Shown: piece by piece, positions 50,458-62,540 of the stretch
Layout: each line of letters begins with the position of its first letter
Numbering within the stretch: the first letter of the stretch is position 1
Origin: Podarcis pityusensis
Lineage: Eukaryota
Strand: one strand, 5' to 3'
Assembly: GCA_964106645.2 (NCBI GenBank)
Contig: OZ067041.1
DNA: 64,000 bases
The notes under the pieces: generated by a model
The model's input: only the letters and a program-made list of their open reading frames with translations
Databases searched by the model: none
What the model was told of the DNA's origin: nothing
Translations under genes and position numbers: made by a program

Positions 50458-51136
50458 CTGAGTTATGTGCTTGATTAACTTGCATTCCAACATCTGGAAA
50501 CTTTTCTGTTCTTGGGTGCAGTATATGTTTGCACTGTGAACTATCTGAAGTTTTCTTTGAGTAGTTTGCATCTTTAGGGCTGGGTGATCCATTGTGTATT
50601 ACGGGAAAGGCTGTCCTGGAATCTGCAGTGTAAGCAGCACCTAAATTATGGTTGAGCATACGAGTACATACTTTGAAAGCAACTTCATCTCCAATTATAT
50701 CATCCACAACATCTTGGTTATTGTCTGATGAATCTTTATGTCCTCCTTCTGTGTTTTCTAGAGTGGCATCAGAAAAATGTGCCAGTGTGTTCTCTGATTG
50801 ACTAGATCTCAAAATTTTCCATTCAAGAGGTAGGAGAGAATGGGAAGAAGTTAAAGATAATATGCTATCAGCAGAGCCTCCTAACCTATACCGTGAGCGT
50901 CTCAAGGATTCTTCCTCCTGGCTAGGTAAAGCCCGTGGATCCCAATCTGTTATCAGCACAAGTGGCTCTTTCATTACTGGTTCTTTTTCAGTGTCAGTGT
51001 GAATGTTCTCCCTCGCAGTAGCTTCATCTTCAGCATCGCTGATAGTTCTCGGAGAAGCCAACCAATCATCTGTCCCTAGATGAGCTCCCGTCACAAGATC
51101 AGAGTTTTCTGTGGTTGCGTTCGATGTTGCCTCCAT
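50458..51136 (-). CDS. Uncharacterised CAP-Gly protein, large N-terminal exon with provisional start codon
   Basis: The 228-aa ORF of the track (MEATSNATTENS...QAHNS), with good Kozak context ACAATGG. Exon acceptor at 51181, donor CAG|gtaact in phase 1. Acidic and Ser-rich, probably disordered. Confidence 0.8.
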
Positions 51137-52498
51137 TGTAACCGTCAGATCCCATCAACTCTGATGGCTCTTTGCGAACCCTAACAAGAAAGAGTAAAAA
51201 CGAACAAAACAAACCCACAGACATTAAAAGATACAAAACATATTTCAGACATACTGCGCATCTTGCAAAAATGGGGAAATTGCTCTGCTTCTTGCTATTG
51301 CATTTTTATGCTTGTGTATTATTAAACAATATATGGAGAAATGTAAGGGAAATATATTTCACTCTTCCTGACTAATTCCATTAACGTGCTGCTGTAGAGA
51401 TTGTAAAACTCCTTCTCAAAATAGTTTTCTTCGTCCTTAGTCTTAGGAGGGTGCCTTTAATCTGTTAATCTCCCATTGGATATTTATGTCCTTCTCATGC
51501 TGATTTTTTATTTATTTTATTAAATAAATAAATAAAATTAATATTGAATCCCAATTCTGTCTTCTGTGGCATTAGCTACTCCTCCCAGGTTGGAGTCATC
51601 TGCAAATTTGATGAGCATCTCAGTTCGTTTGTCCAAGTCATTTATAAAGCTGTTGAACAATGATGGGCACAGGAGAGAACCCCACAGCATCCCACTCATC
51701 ACTTTCATTGGGTTTTTCCATTTCTATGCTTGATTATGTTTCATGTGAATATTAAACCGTACATCATCACTGTAGCCATGGGACAGCATCTGCCCTGAAA
51801 GTATGGCAGAAGCTACTGAATCAGCTAGAAACTGCTATTTTTGCTATCTGCTGACAAAGGCTGGGGCATGGCGCCCCATGGAATGAATGCAGACACTAAG
51901 GACGCTGCTGCTGCTGCCAGAGGTTAGCCCTTCCTTCAAAATGCAAGTAAATGTCACAATCAGGGAACTGCTTACAAAGTGGCTTGGTGGGCAAGTGTTA
52001 TTTTTAAGGTTATAATTAGGTAGTATCTGAAAACACATTAGCTGTCATTAAATGTAGCTATCTCAACTTAATAAGACAGTGTAAATTAACTGAGAGTGGT
52101 AATATTAAAACATATTTAGTAAGACTTAACTGTTAATGATTTGTGTCTATGCAATTATTTCTTAATATACATTAAGAGCATTTTTTTATGAGCATGCAGT
52201 TCATGCTCGTTTTAAAGTGCGTTTGGGAATGTTACTGTAAATTAAAAGAGTTAATGAAGCTTACTATTATGGACAGCAAAGACACATCCAGTTGGAGTGC
52301 ATACTTTTCTGTGGTGAAATATTGAAGTTTAATATTTAATATCCCAGAGAGTATTATCTCAGCATTAGAACACTTATTTCATGCTGTGTTTTCAACACAG
52401 AGGTTAACTGTGTGAAACAAAATAATAACTAAATATTCATTTTTTAATTGGAGGTTACAACTAGAACAAGGGCTATGCCAGAAAAGCTGTGGCTTTCA

Positions 52499-52970
52499 TG
52501 TTGTTTTTGTTTAGCCGTTTAGTCATGTCTGACTCTTCATGACTGTTAAGTTGTGGGCAATTCTTCAAACAGCTCTTCTTTATTCAGATGTCAGACAGAA
52601 CTGAACTGAGGAGCTCAGCCAGCCTGCTTATATAGAGCTACAGAACAATTGTAACTGTTGCAACGTTCTAAAACTATCCAATCACTGAACGTCACTTTTT
52701 GATCCTTCATTTGCATACAAAACTATCCAATCACTAAACGTCACTTTCGATCCTTCATTTGCATAACTATCTACAGTATCCCCCTGCTGGCCCAGGGTGA
52801 GAACTTCAATACATAACAATGACCCCATGGACCAGAGCACGCCAGGCACTCCTGTCCTCCACTGCCTCCCGCAGTTTGGTCAAACTCATGTTAGTAGCTT
52901 CGAGAACACTGTCCAATCATCTGGTCCTCTTTCGTCCCCTTCCCCTTGCGCCCTCAATCTTTCCCAATCT
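52499..52970 (-). mobile_element. BovB (RTE) LINE 3' end, interrupted by a solo LTR
   Basis: TTGTTTAGCCGTTTAGTCATGTCTGACTCTTCATGAC rejoins CCCATGGACCAGAGCACGCCAGG once the insert is removed. This is the reverse complement of a BovB-type 3' end with its short-repeat tail. Confidence 0.8.
52544..52818 (-). mobile_element. Solo LTR (275 bp)
   Basis: TGTTA...TAACA termini and a perfect 5-bp TSD ATGAC. TATATAA and a downstream AATAAA lie on the - strand, and there is an internal ~48-bp tandem duplication. Confidence 0.9.
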
Positions 52971-53912
52971 TTCATAGGCAACTTTTAATGGCTGTTTAGG
53001 TTGGTTGTTATCACCCTACTACCTTACCCAATGTGGGATATTCACTTATGAATGGGAATAAATGTTGTTCATCTTGCGTTTATCTCCTCAATTATTCAAT
53101 CGGAATACTTATTATGGGCTCAGTACAGACCCATTGAAACTAATGAACATAACTAAGTTAGGTACATTAATTTCAAAGGGTCTGTTCTGTAACTGAACCC
53201 TACCCTATGAAATAAAAGCCCAACCTAAGAACTAGCTTCTAGTATTATTTTGTGTAGAATAAAATTTCTATATAGTGAATTAATTGAAGATGCAAAAGAA
53301 TGAAAAATATTTGTTCTACATGTCCTATATCTTTCGTATTGCGGATCTGCAGAATTGTGTTTTAAAACCTATTTCTAATTTTACACTGCCTCAATGCATT
53401 AAAATGCTTGTAGCAGTTATTACCAATTTAAAAGTTGAGAGCACAGTGTTTCCCAATGGAATGAATGTTAGGGGAGAGGGGTTCTTACCCAGAGGATCAG
53501 GAAAGTTATACCAGTGTTCTAGCATCTGGGTTTCTAGTAGCAAAAACGACAGCGCAGAGATTTAATGGTGTATAGCAGCATGGGCTCTCCTCTCACAAGC
53601 AACAACCTATGTTATCGTATACAACAATGCTTGCAAGCTAGTTGACTTGCCATTAATTTTGTTGGGTTTGAGATTACAGGTACAAGAAGAGATATAGCCC
53701 AGGTGTGCAAGTATCAGTCCGCTCTCCCCACAACAATTTTGAGGACATAATTATACTAGTCATTCCCCCCTTTCCTGTGAACCATGGGACTTGTAGTTCT
53801 GTGAGGGCCTTTAAAACGAATTATCAGCATCTCACCACAATTCCCTGTATGACTTGGCGGGGAAGTTGTGATTATTACATTTGTATTGATTGTCATAACA
53901 GTGGAGCCTTAC

Positions 53913-54047
53913 ACAGATCAGATAGCTTTGGAACGGAGTCAGGGCTGTATGGTCTCAGCAATAATCTTGGATGTGTTTTTTCTCCCTCAGCGCTCCTGAT
54001 CTTTGCTTTTGACTCTTCCACAGAGGAATGTACATACTGATGGCAAG
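53913..54047 (-). other. Candidate upstream exon of the CAP-Gly gene (coding status uncertain)
   Basis: Acceptor ttctcataaacag, donor gtaagg, 135 nt open in phase 1 to 1 (CHQYVHSSVEESKAKIRSAEGEKTHPRLLLRPYSPDSVPKLSDL). Splicing to 51180 meets a TGA. Confidence 0.5.
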
Positions 54048-54160
54048 CTGTTTATGAGAAAGGAAACACTGCATATCTTTTTAAGATCGTTTCTCTCTGT
54101 GGATCAGGTTGTGCTTGTAGGGTTTGTTTGTTTTTCTTGCATTTATATCCTGCCTTTCAC

Positions 54161-54770
54161 AAGAACATAAGAAGAGGCCTTCTGGATCCGGCCGAAGGAC
54201 CACCTAGCTCCATATTCCCAGTGCATCCAACATATAGGAAGCCCACAAGCAGGACCTGACTGCAACTCCAGTCTCCCCACTTGTGATTTCCAGCAACTGA
54301 TACTCAGAGGCATATTGCCTCCAGTAGTGGGAGGAGGAGACAGCTAGTAACCATTGATCAAACACAGGTAGAACACAGTCATCATAGCTAACAACCATTG
54401 CACACGAATGCCCATGATCCTCTTTCAAAGCCGACACTGTTAGTGGCCATGACTACATCTTGTGGAAGCAAATTCCATACTTTAACTATGTCCTGTGTGA
54501 AGAAGTCTCTATCATGCACTGCTTGCCTTTTTCCTAAAGGAAAAAGCCCCAAATTTTGTAACATTTTCTCAAAGGGTAGTTGCTCCAATCCCTTGATCAT
54601 TTCAGTTGCCCATTTCTGAAACCTTTCCATTTCTACACCTTTTTTGTGTGTGTGACAAGGTGACCAAACGTGTACACAGTATTCCAAATGTAAGAGCATT
54701 ATAATATTGGCAGCTTTATTTTCAATCCCCTCCCTAAAGATCCCCAACATGGAATTCACCTTTACCTGCA
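54161..54770 (-). mobile_element. CR1 LINE 3' fragment
   Basis: The ORF 54388-54870 contains HLEYCVHVWSP...MERFQKWATEMIKGLEQLPFEKMLQNLGLF...VKVWNLLPQDVV, typical of the CR1 ORF2 C-terminus. Tail AAGAACATAAGAA. Confidence 0.9.
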
Positions 54771-55818
54771 GTCCCAACCCAACCCTAATTAGCTCCAGCA
54801 AATCAGTAACCTCAGGTGTCTTCAGATCATACCCTTCGAGCACACAAACAAAACCTTGTGCAGACACCATTGCATGTGAAAGTCATGGACTCCCTTGAGG
54901 TTCAAGAAAAACCATAAACAGGAAGGTGTCGCAAAGCTTGTGGTAATAAAATTTATTACTTTCCTCAGCAGGGAAGTTATACTGGATCCATGGTGATAGA
55001 TGATTTTCCCTTTAAAGAGAGACTAAATACTTGTACTGGGAAAGCAGAAACCACTTGGGGCAGGCATCAAGCCTGTCTGGAATAATGTCAATCAGGACAA
55101 AGATGCTGATCTATCAGCCTTGTATTCCTAGTAATCTGTTATAAGGCAGTGGGGAAATGGATAATTTCCAGCTTTGAAGAAGTAGTAACTCAACAGTTTT
55201 TTTCTGTTTACAGTGCATTTCTTAGCAACATAAGGCTACCGATGCACTATCCTTGCCCCAACCAACTTCTGAAGCATTTTGACTCAAATAGGGACATCTA
55301 TCTATATAGTTAGCTATTTATATTCATATCCCAAGCCGGGGTAACAACAGCATTAAAACAACAAACAATAAAGGAAATATTTAAATCAGGCAGGCCTGAG
55401 AACAGGCATTCAAAATGAATGTGGTATACCAAAGAAAATGCACTCAAGACAGCCAATCCTACCTTAGAACAAATACCGGTAAATAAAAACCCTGAGGTTG
55501 AGTATTTCATACAGTAGCCTCTTCATCAGCTACAGAAAATGTAGTCCAGATTACTCTCCAAAGGGAGATCATAATAAAGAAACAGGAGGCTGCCATTAAA
55601 GACCAGTTTTGAAGTTTGCACGCACCGGTGGAAGAGGAATAGACTAAAATAGTTACATTTTAGAGGGAACCAAAGTTTATATTTGGGACTATGATTTGAA
55701 GTGGATATGAAGGAAAAGTTGAAGTATAATCTGAGTATGACTGGTAGAGGATTAACCCCACTGACTTGTCACTTGTAAGGCTCTTTGGGGTGTGTTGGTG
55801 TGGGTGGGTTTATATATA

Positions 55819-56060
55819 CCGTATTGCCCCAAATATAAGCCGCACCTGAATATAAGCAACACATTTAAAATTGGAGGCAGGGGGGAAGTAGAAAAATCTG
55901 AATATAAGCCGCTCCCTTCCTTGCTGCTCCTGGCTGCATGCGGGGCGGGGGGGGGGGAGAGCCGCGCTGTGTTGTTGGGGGCCTTTCCCCTTCCTCGCTC
56001 TCTCCCTTCCCTTGGGGGGAGAGGACGGGGGACATGCTTATTTTCCTTCCTCAGTTTTTG
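55819..56060. mobile_element. Truncated Tc1/mariner-type element
   Basis: TA followed by CCGTATTGCCCCAAATATAAGCCGCAC with repeated AATATAAGC motifs. Only one end is visible. Confidence 0.55.
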
Positions 56061-57174
56061 AAACATAACATATGATTGCCACAGCTAGTGCACACAACAT
56101 CAGTTGAACACGCAGCAAATTAATCATGTAGAAAGATGTCATGGATAAATTGCGACACACAAAACCCTTTCACTATACTCTGAAGTATCACGTTTTCTGT
56201 ATTTTGCATAGAATTTACCAAAAACGCAGAGAGTCTTGAACCTCAGAGAATGGCCATTCAACACAGCTATTTAATCTTTATTGCAGTGAAATGTCTCAAT
56301 TGCAGCAGATGTTGACGAGGCCATCTGGAAGTAGTAGTGACAGGACAAATAAGTAAAATGCAGTTCTTTTTTTTTTACTGCTCCCCGAAGAGGCTTAACT
56401 AAAATGTCCTTTTAATTTAAAAGCATCTGGAGCTATTTATCACAAACAGTTTAACAATGCTACTGGCTGTTATGGGAAAATACAGAACAAAATTGACTAC
56501 AGAAGGTTGCAGAGCCCACTGCGGGAAATGAAGAATGTATGTTAATTGTGGTTTCTGATTCTTTGTTATACTCATAAGCATGCTTTAAATCGAATGTCTA
56601 AGGAGCGGTTTCTCAAACAGGGCTACCAGTGCACTGTCCCGCCAAAATCTGCCCCCCAAAATTCCCTTTAAAGACCATAAATCTATACCTTGTAAGTGGC
56701 TGTGCAGAGAGGTGATTGCCTAGCTCACTGCAAAGACAGAAACAATTCCAAGGGGAAATTGCCTTTCTGCGCAGCCAGTCACAAAGCACTGCTATGCAAG
56801 CAGGTCTCCACCTCTTGTCTCCAGGTTGGGGCACATTTTACCAGGGATGCTGGATCCTCAATTTGGCCAGATTTCTATCTTCCTCTTGGATGGCAGCACT
56901 ACCCAATCAGGACACACAATTAGCATATCAAGACATGTCAGATTAACAAAGGTGTCAGGGTGGACCTACAGCAGCCCCCCAGAGCCAGTCACAAGAATTA
57001 TGCTTTTGCTGTTCTGAGCCTGTGCACTGGTAATTGTTTCTTTGTAGGCTGCAGAAACATGTTTTGAGAGCCAACAAGGCAAGAATCTTTTCAGTGTTTA
57101 CAATCTGTGAAATCTGTTATCCTGTAACAGTATATAACCCTGAGACCTGTGGGTATAGGGGAGTATACAAATTT

Positions 57175-57213
57175 AACAACAACAACAATAATAATAATAA
57201 TAATAATAATAAT
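57175..57213. repeat. (AAC)n(AAT)n microsatellite
   Basis: Seen directly. Confidence 0.9.
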
Positions 57214-57739
57214 ACAACCTGCAGTAGCAGCCTCATTATTTTTTTTACTAATATGTGGTTACAATTTAGTTTGGCTGTTGAAAATGTAGTGCGTTTTCCA
57301 TATTGACTTATAGAATGAAGCATTTTCATAGACTTTGAGGGCAGCAGACTCCAAAATTTCCATTCTTGGGTAAGGTATATGTTGAGTATCTGCTTCTCCT
57401 GCAGCTCTTAAAAGCATAGGTGTATGTAGAAAAAGGGGGAGCAAGGTCTACTGTCTCTGATACTGTAAGCATAGATATCCATGTTATATAAATGTTGGAT
57501 AATATTATCATCACCCCAGAATTTACCAGATGCTTATTGTAAACTGTGATGTCAGAGGGAAACGAAATGCAGAAATGTAACCCCCCCCCCGCCTTCAACA
57601 AACAGGTACAGATAAATTTACTGAGCCTACTCAGAAGTAACCTCCATTGAGTTCAATATGGCTTATTACCCCCAGTTAAGAGAGTAGAAGGCTGCAGTCT
57701 TTGTTCATTTTGTGAAATAGTGCATATGATTTCTGACTA

Positions 57740-58078
57740 CAGTGGTGCCTCGCAAGACGAAATTAATTCGTTCCGCGAGTTTTTTCATCTTGCGGTTTTT
57801 TTCGTCTTGCGAAGCACGGTGTCGGAAAAGTTTTGGAAAAGCTTCAAAAATCACCAAAGTCTTCAAAAACCTCAAAAAAGGCTACCACACCGCGTGCTAT
57901 GAGTTGCTCCTCGAAGTCAAGTTGCAACTGTATTAACGGTTTTAAGAAAAAGGAAACAAACTTGCAAGACGTTTCCGTCTTGCGAAGCAAGCCCATAGGG
58001 AAAATCGTCTTGCAAAGCAACTCAAAAAACCAAAAACCCTTTCGTTTTGCGAGTTTTCCGTCTTGCGAGGTACCACTG
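57740..58078. mobile_element. Tc1/mariner (Tigger-like) MITE
   Basis: 20-bp TIRs CAGTGGT(G/A)CCTCGCAAGACG with one mismatch, TA flanks, and internal repeats of CGTCTTGCGA. Confidence 0.92.
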
Positions 58079-58984
58079 TAATTTCTAAGGAAAGATATTA
58101 CCATCCACTTTTGAGTAAAACTTCTACATGCTAGGATTATTCTCCAATAGAAATTACTAGGCCCAACAGAGACCAGCTGTCACTGATAAGTATAAACTAC
58201 CACAGGAACTAATAAGCACCCACTGGAAAAAAAATCTTCTGTACATATCAGGAGAGGGAAGTTTGCATGCTTGCACTCTGTGTACAAAAGCGACCACAAT
58301 ACCCACCCATGGTTTACAACAGCTGTGGGAAAACTTTGGCCCATGGATCTAATTATGCCCACCAGGGCTCAGTGTTTGGCCCACCAAGGCATTGTGGGCA
58401 AACTACACTCACTTTTCCTGGGCCCAGTGTCATATATAATGTCAGGTGAATGTAACTTCAAGCTGTGGCTAAAGGAAGAGAATCAGGAGGGCAGTCACAG
58501 TGTGCTCCACATTCTTCATTCTCAGCCAGAAGTCGGTGCTTTTCCATTTTGTGCCTTTTTCTGCCCAAGAGGATGAAAAAAGCAATTTTCAACTTATACC
58601 TACTGCAAGGTTACTTATATTGCACATGGTTTAAATTCATTCCAAGCAGGTATCAAATCACACAATTCTAGATGAGCTAAAGGTTAACTATGGTTCTAGC
58701 CTACAGTTTACAACTGCCTTGCTAATTATTTTGTTAGTAGTTAGCTCTCTGTTAGCCACATTAGAAACTCTGCTTTCATACATTGGAGAGTACGATACTG
58801 GAGAGTCTGTTGCCTTTTTTGGATATTTAAGACTTATGAAAGGGTCTCCTCAGTTTTGGGGAATTAAAAATGTTCTGAATATTCAAACTCATTGGTCCAA
58901 ATTCTGCATAATTTTTAAAATAGTGTTTTTAAAAGCAACATTTAAATTTGAGGGGGGAGCTATAGTACACTGCAATTCTATATA

Positions 58985-59230
58985 CAGTGGTACCTCTGGA
59001 TGCGAACGGGATCCGTTCCGGAGCCCCGTTCGCATCCTGAGCAGAACACAACCAACGTCTGCACGTGTGCGGGTCGCGATTCACCGCTTCTGCGCATGAT
59101 GTCATTTTGAGCGTCTGCGCATGCGCGAGCGGCAAAACCTGGAAGCAACCCATTCCGTTACTTCTGGGTTGCCATGGAATGCAACCTGAAAACGCTCAAC
59201 CTGAAGCGACTTTAACCCGAGGTATGACTG
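58985..59230. mobile_element. Tc1/mariner (Tigger-like) MITE
   Basis: CAGTGGTACCTC ... GAGGTATGACTG with TA flanks, CpG-rich interior. Confidence 0.85.
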
Positions 59231-62059
59231 TATATGTAAGAAAGTCCCATTAAACTCCAAGGGACTTATCTGTGAGTAGAAGGCATCTATAGGATGCAAC
59301 TGTATGTTTTCAGAACATGAATGAGAGAAGGAAAATTTAAAAGCTTCCTCAGATATAAATTAACACAGTGAAAACCTTTAATGAGAGGTTTGTAAAGAAA
59401 AAGAACAATGATATAAAATGTGTTATTTTTTTCTCCATGCAAAATTAAACTTTCTGGAGAATTGGGATCTTGTTATGACCAGGAGAAGGAATTTGGGTAT
59501 ATTTATTATTCACATCATCTAAAAGCAGCAGATATGCAATATACATATTGAGAATTAACCTTCTTTCCATTCTTACTGACAAAGACTTCTGTGTAATCTG
59601 AAAGGTTGCACCTGCAGAAGCTGGCTGTAACACAATGCTCATCTATCTGCAGTGATGTATGACACAAGAGAAGAATAAGGGAAAAAACCACATAAAATGA
59701 AGTCAGGAGGTGACAAAACTGTAACAGAACCAAAGGCCTGAGGGATAAATATGTTTTGAAGTGAAAAAAGGAAGTGAAGGTTAATTAAACAATATCTGAC
59801 AGCTCAATTTCATATGCAGCCCATATTGAACAATGCAATGGATCAGGTAATTCTCAGTATGCCCATAGGCTTGCCATATGTTCAGTAAATTATTCAAGTC
59901 ATCAATTAATATTTACACACTGAAACCTTCTCCAACAAAGCAGCACACATATTGGAGAAGAATTCACCAAGAAAAAAGATAAATCTGGATTTAGGGGCCT
60001 GGGTTTTACTTTGGCATATATTTCAGAATTCTGAGGCAAACAAAGGCATTATCCCTAGTTACAGTACCTAAGGCAGCTGCCTACACATATTCATATTTCT
60101 TCTTATGCTTTATTTTGTGGAGATATGAATGCGAGTGGATTATAGATTTGCTTAATGAAAGTTTAAAAATAGAACTTATTTAACAGGATATGAAAAATGT
60201 ACTGAGCTGGAAGATGTTCACTTTCCAGAAACCACTATATAGTGTACAGATATATCCACTCTGTACGTAAGAGGGAGAAATTAGATTATTGTTGCTAAGC
60301 AATTTGAAGCGCTTTTCCTTTAAACAGTGCACAGAATTCTCATTCCATTGGAACAGTTATACAGGAGGTTACCTGAATGTTTATTTTCTTCCTTTTGCTT
60401 TCATTTTCCCCAATATAAACATTTTTAAAAGCAATTTTTAGTTCTCCAATGAGCAGTTTGTGGTCCCTTTGCATAGAGCATTTGACCATCAACTTGACAG
60501 CTATAGAATTATTTTGCTGTCTCTCCCATTATTGATTTAAAGCCTCCCAGCATTTAAAGCCTCTGAAACATTTATTACCTCTGAAACCTTTCTTAAAATC
60601 AAAACCTCATCTAGTTTTTCAAGTATATCCACATATTGCTTCAGATATTGAAGCAGATATTAGAATCTGAACATGCAATGCCTTAGATTGCAGGTGGAGG
60701 CTGAAGCTTGCATGCAAGGATTTCCAAGCATTTTTGGTTGAACACACTTAGAAACCTCCCCGTGACTGGAATCCCTGATAAGGCAGAGCTCTGGCCATGA
60801 GTAGCTTTATAACAAAACAGACCTCTGCAGACATCTAAAAGAGGAGCATACCTAGGGAGGCTGGAGGTGCGGCTTGTGTGTGCAGCGCTGTCCAAAGTTT
60901 AAAAAGTCATATTGAGCATTTAGTGACCTGGATTTCAGGCTGTCTATTTATATTATTGCAGCTGAAAAGGCTTCTAAATTAGTGTGGTAGCAGTAATGTT
61001 TAATTATTCAAAACTGTGTAGGAGGTCTTTCTCAGACTTCTTAATAACAAGCAAACATCATCCCACAGAAATAAAATACTGGGGGACGGGAGGGGGGGCA
61101 GGTGAGCACCTTGCATAATCGACCATATGACACACATTTGAATGGCAATGCCTATCAAATTTGTGAGGCCCTGGCCTCCTCAAATATTTCGGGGGGGGGG
61201 GGGGCTGAAGGGATCTTGGCCCCTGGGAGTTGGCACCTATGCATAGAAAGGAATGCTGAAAATCCCATTTACTGTAATATACTTTGCCATCAACACCCAT
61301 ACAGAAGGTTTTACTGGAAGAGTTCAATTGGTGCTACTGGATTATTGCTGTGGGCTAATCAGGGCTAAGAATAGTAATAAGCTCATCAGAATTGTCTCTC
61401 ACCAGTAGTTTGCCACATTATTTGGTACTGGCTTGGGACTGCTTTCCTTAATCACTTTTCGTAATTCCCATATTGAATTTTAAATTCACATCGCAATTTG
61501 ACAGAAACTGATAAAGAAGCTTACTGTAAATCTAGTCAGAAGCCATACAAACCTGGTAAGACATCATAAATCATGGACAAATATGACATTCAATATATTT
61601 TGAAATCCAGAGCGTGATGAAATCAGAATCAAGGCACAGCTTTACAGGCGTCAATGGCTGAGTGAATACTTCCCTGGGAAGTCAACATGTATTTTTGTGT
61701 TTTTATATTGTAAACCATCCTGTGATACTCAGATGGAGGGCAGTATAGAAATTAATTAATTAACTAACTAACTAACTAACAAAACTCACATTGATTATAA
61801 TGGCACTGGATAGCAGAGGGCAATTAGGAAGGTGTGGGTTATTTGTAGAATTCTTTATATATTTAAGAGAATAAAAATGGCTTTCTGAAATTTCCTTCCA
61901 AAATCTACTTTGGAGAATCAAAATAAGAGAGAAATTCTTAGCTTTATACACAAACACAAACACCCACACACCCAATAAATGTCAGCCAGCAATGTCATTC
62001 CCAAACTGTGAACAGATGTCTATATGTACTTTTTTGTTTCACTCTATTTTGTTCATACA

Positions 62060-62540
62060 GAAGAAGAATCCAGTGGCATCAGACCAGACACCCATTCAGC
62101 CTAGCGTTGTCTTCCTAAAATGACCAGCCAGACACCTATGAGAAGCCCACCAGCAGCACATACAATAGCACTCGCCTGCTGGTGTTCCTCAGTAACTGGT
62201 ATTTTAGAGGCATGCTGCTTTTGATACTGGATGCAGTATATATTCCACAAATTTGTCTAATCCCCTGTTAAAGTCATCCTAGTTGGTGGCATCGCTACGT
62301 CCATAGCTTAATTACGTGCTATGCAATGATGTACTTCCTTGGGTCTTGTCCTGAATCTTCCAGCATCTAGAACCATTGGATAATATCAGATTTTATAATT
62401 ATGCAAATGGATTTCCACATGGTGCCTGATTTTATACGTTGCTTTAATATTTTCTAATCTAAAAAGCCCAAACTTGGTAACCATTCTGCAATGAGGAGCT
62501 GCTCTTTGCTCCACCTGGCCCCTTGATCATTTTAGTTACA
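62060..62540 (-). mobile_element. Old CR1 LINE 3' fragment
   Basis: Degenerate similarity to the copy at 54161-54770 (GAAGCCCAC...AACTGGTATT.AGAGGCAT...CCCTTGATCATTT). Confidence 0.6.

Noticed and set aside
42324-51136. Idea that the - strand coiled-coil gene is LRMP/IRAG or KASH5-like, or a CLIP/TBCB orthologue
   Set aside because: No transmembrane or KASH tail, EF-hand, ankyrin or ubiquitin-like domain was found. The protein ends in a single CAP-Gly domain.
41605-51157. Selenocysteine recoding of the two in-frame TGAs
   Set aside because: No redox-motif context, no SECIS recognised by eye in the short 3' UTR, and both TGAs can be bypassed. Ordinary nonsense changes are simpler.
54388-54870. 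160-aa ORF
   Set aside because: CR1 ORF2 remnant, not a host gene.
57740-58078. Regularly recurring CGTCTTGCGA motifs suggesting a CRISPR-like array
   Set aside because: The motifs are short, in mixed orientation and enclosed by TIRs with TA flanks, so they are MITE subterminal repeats in a eukaryotic genome.
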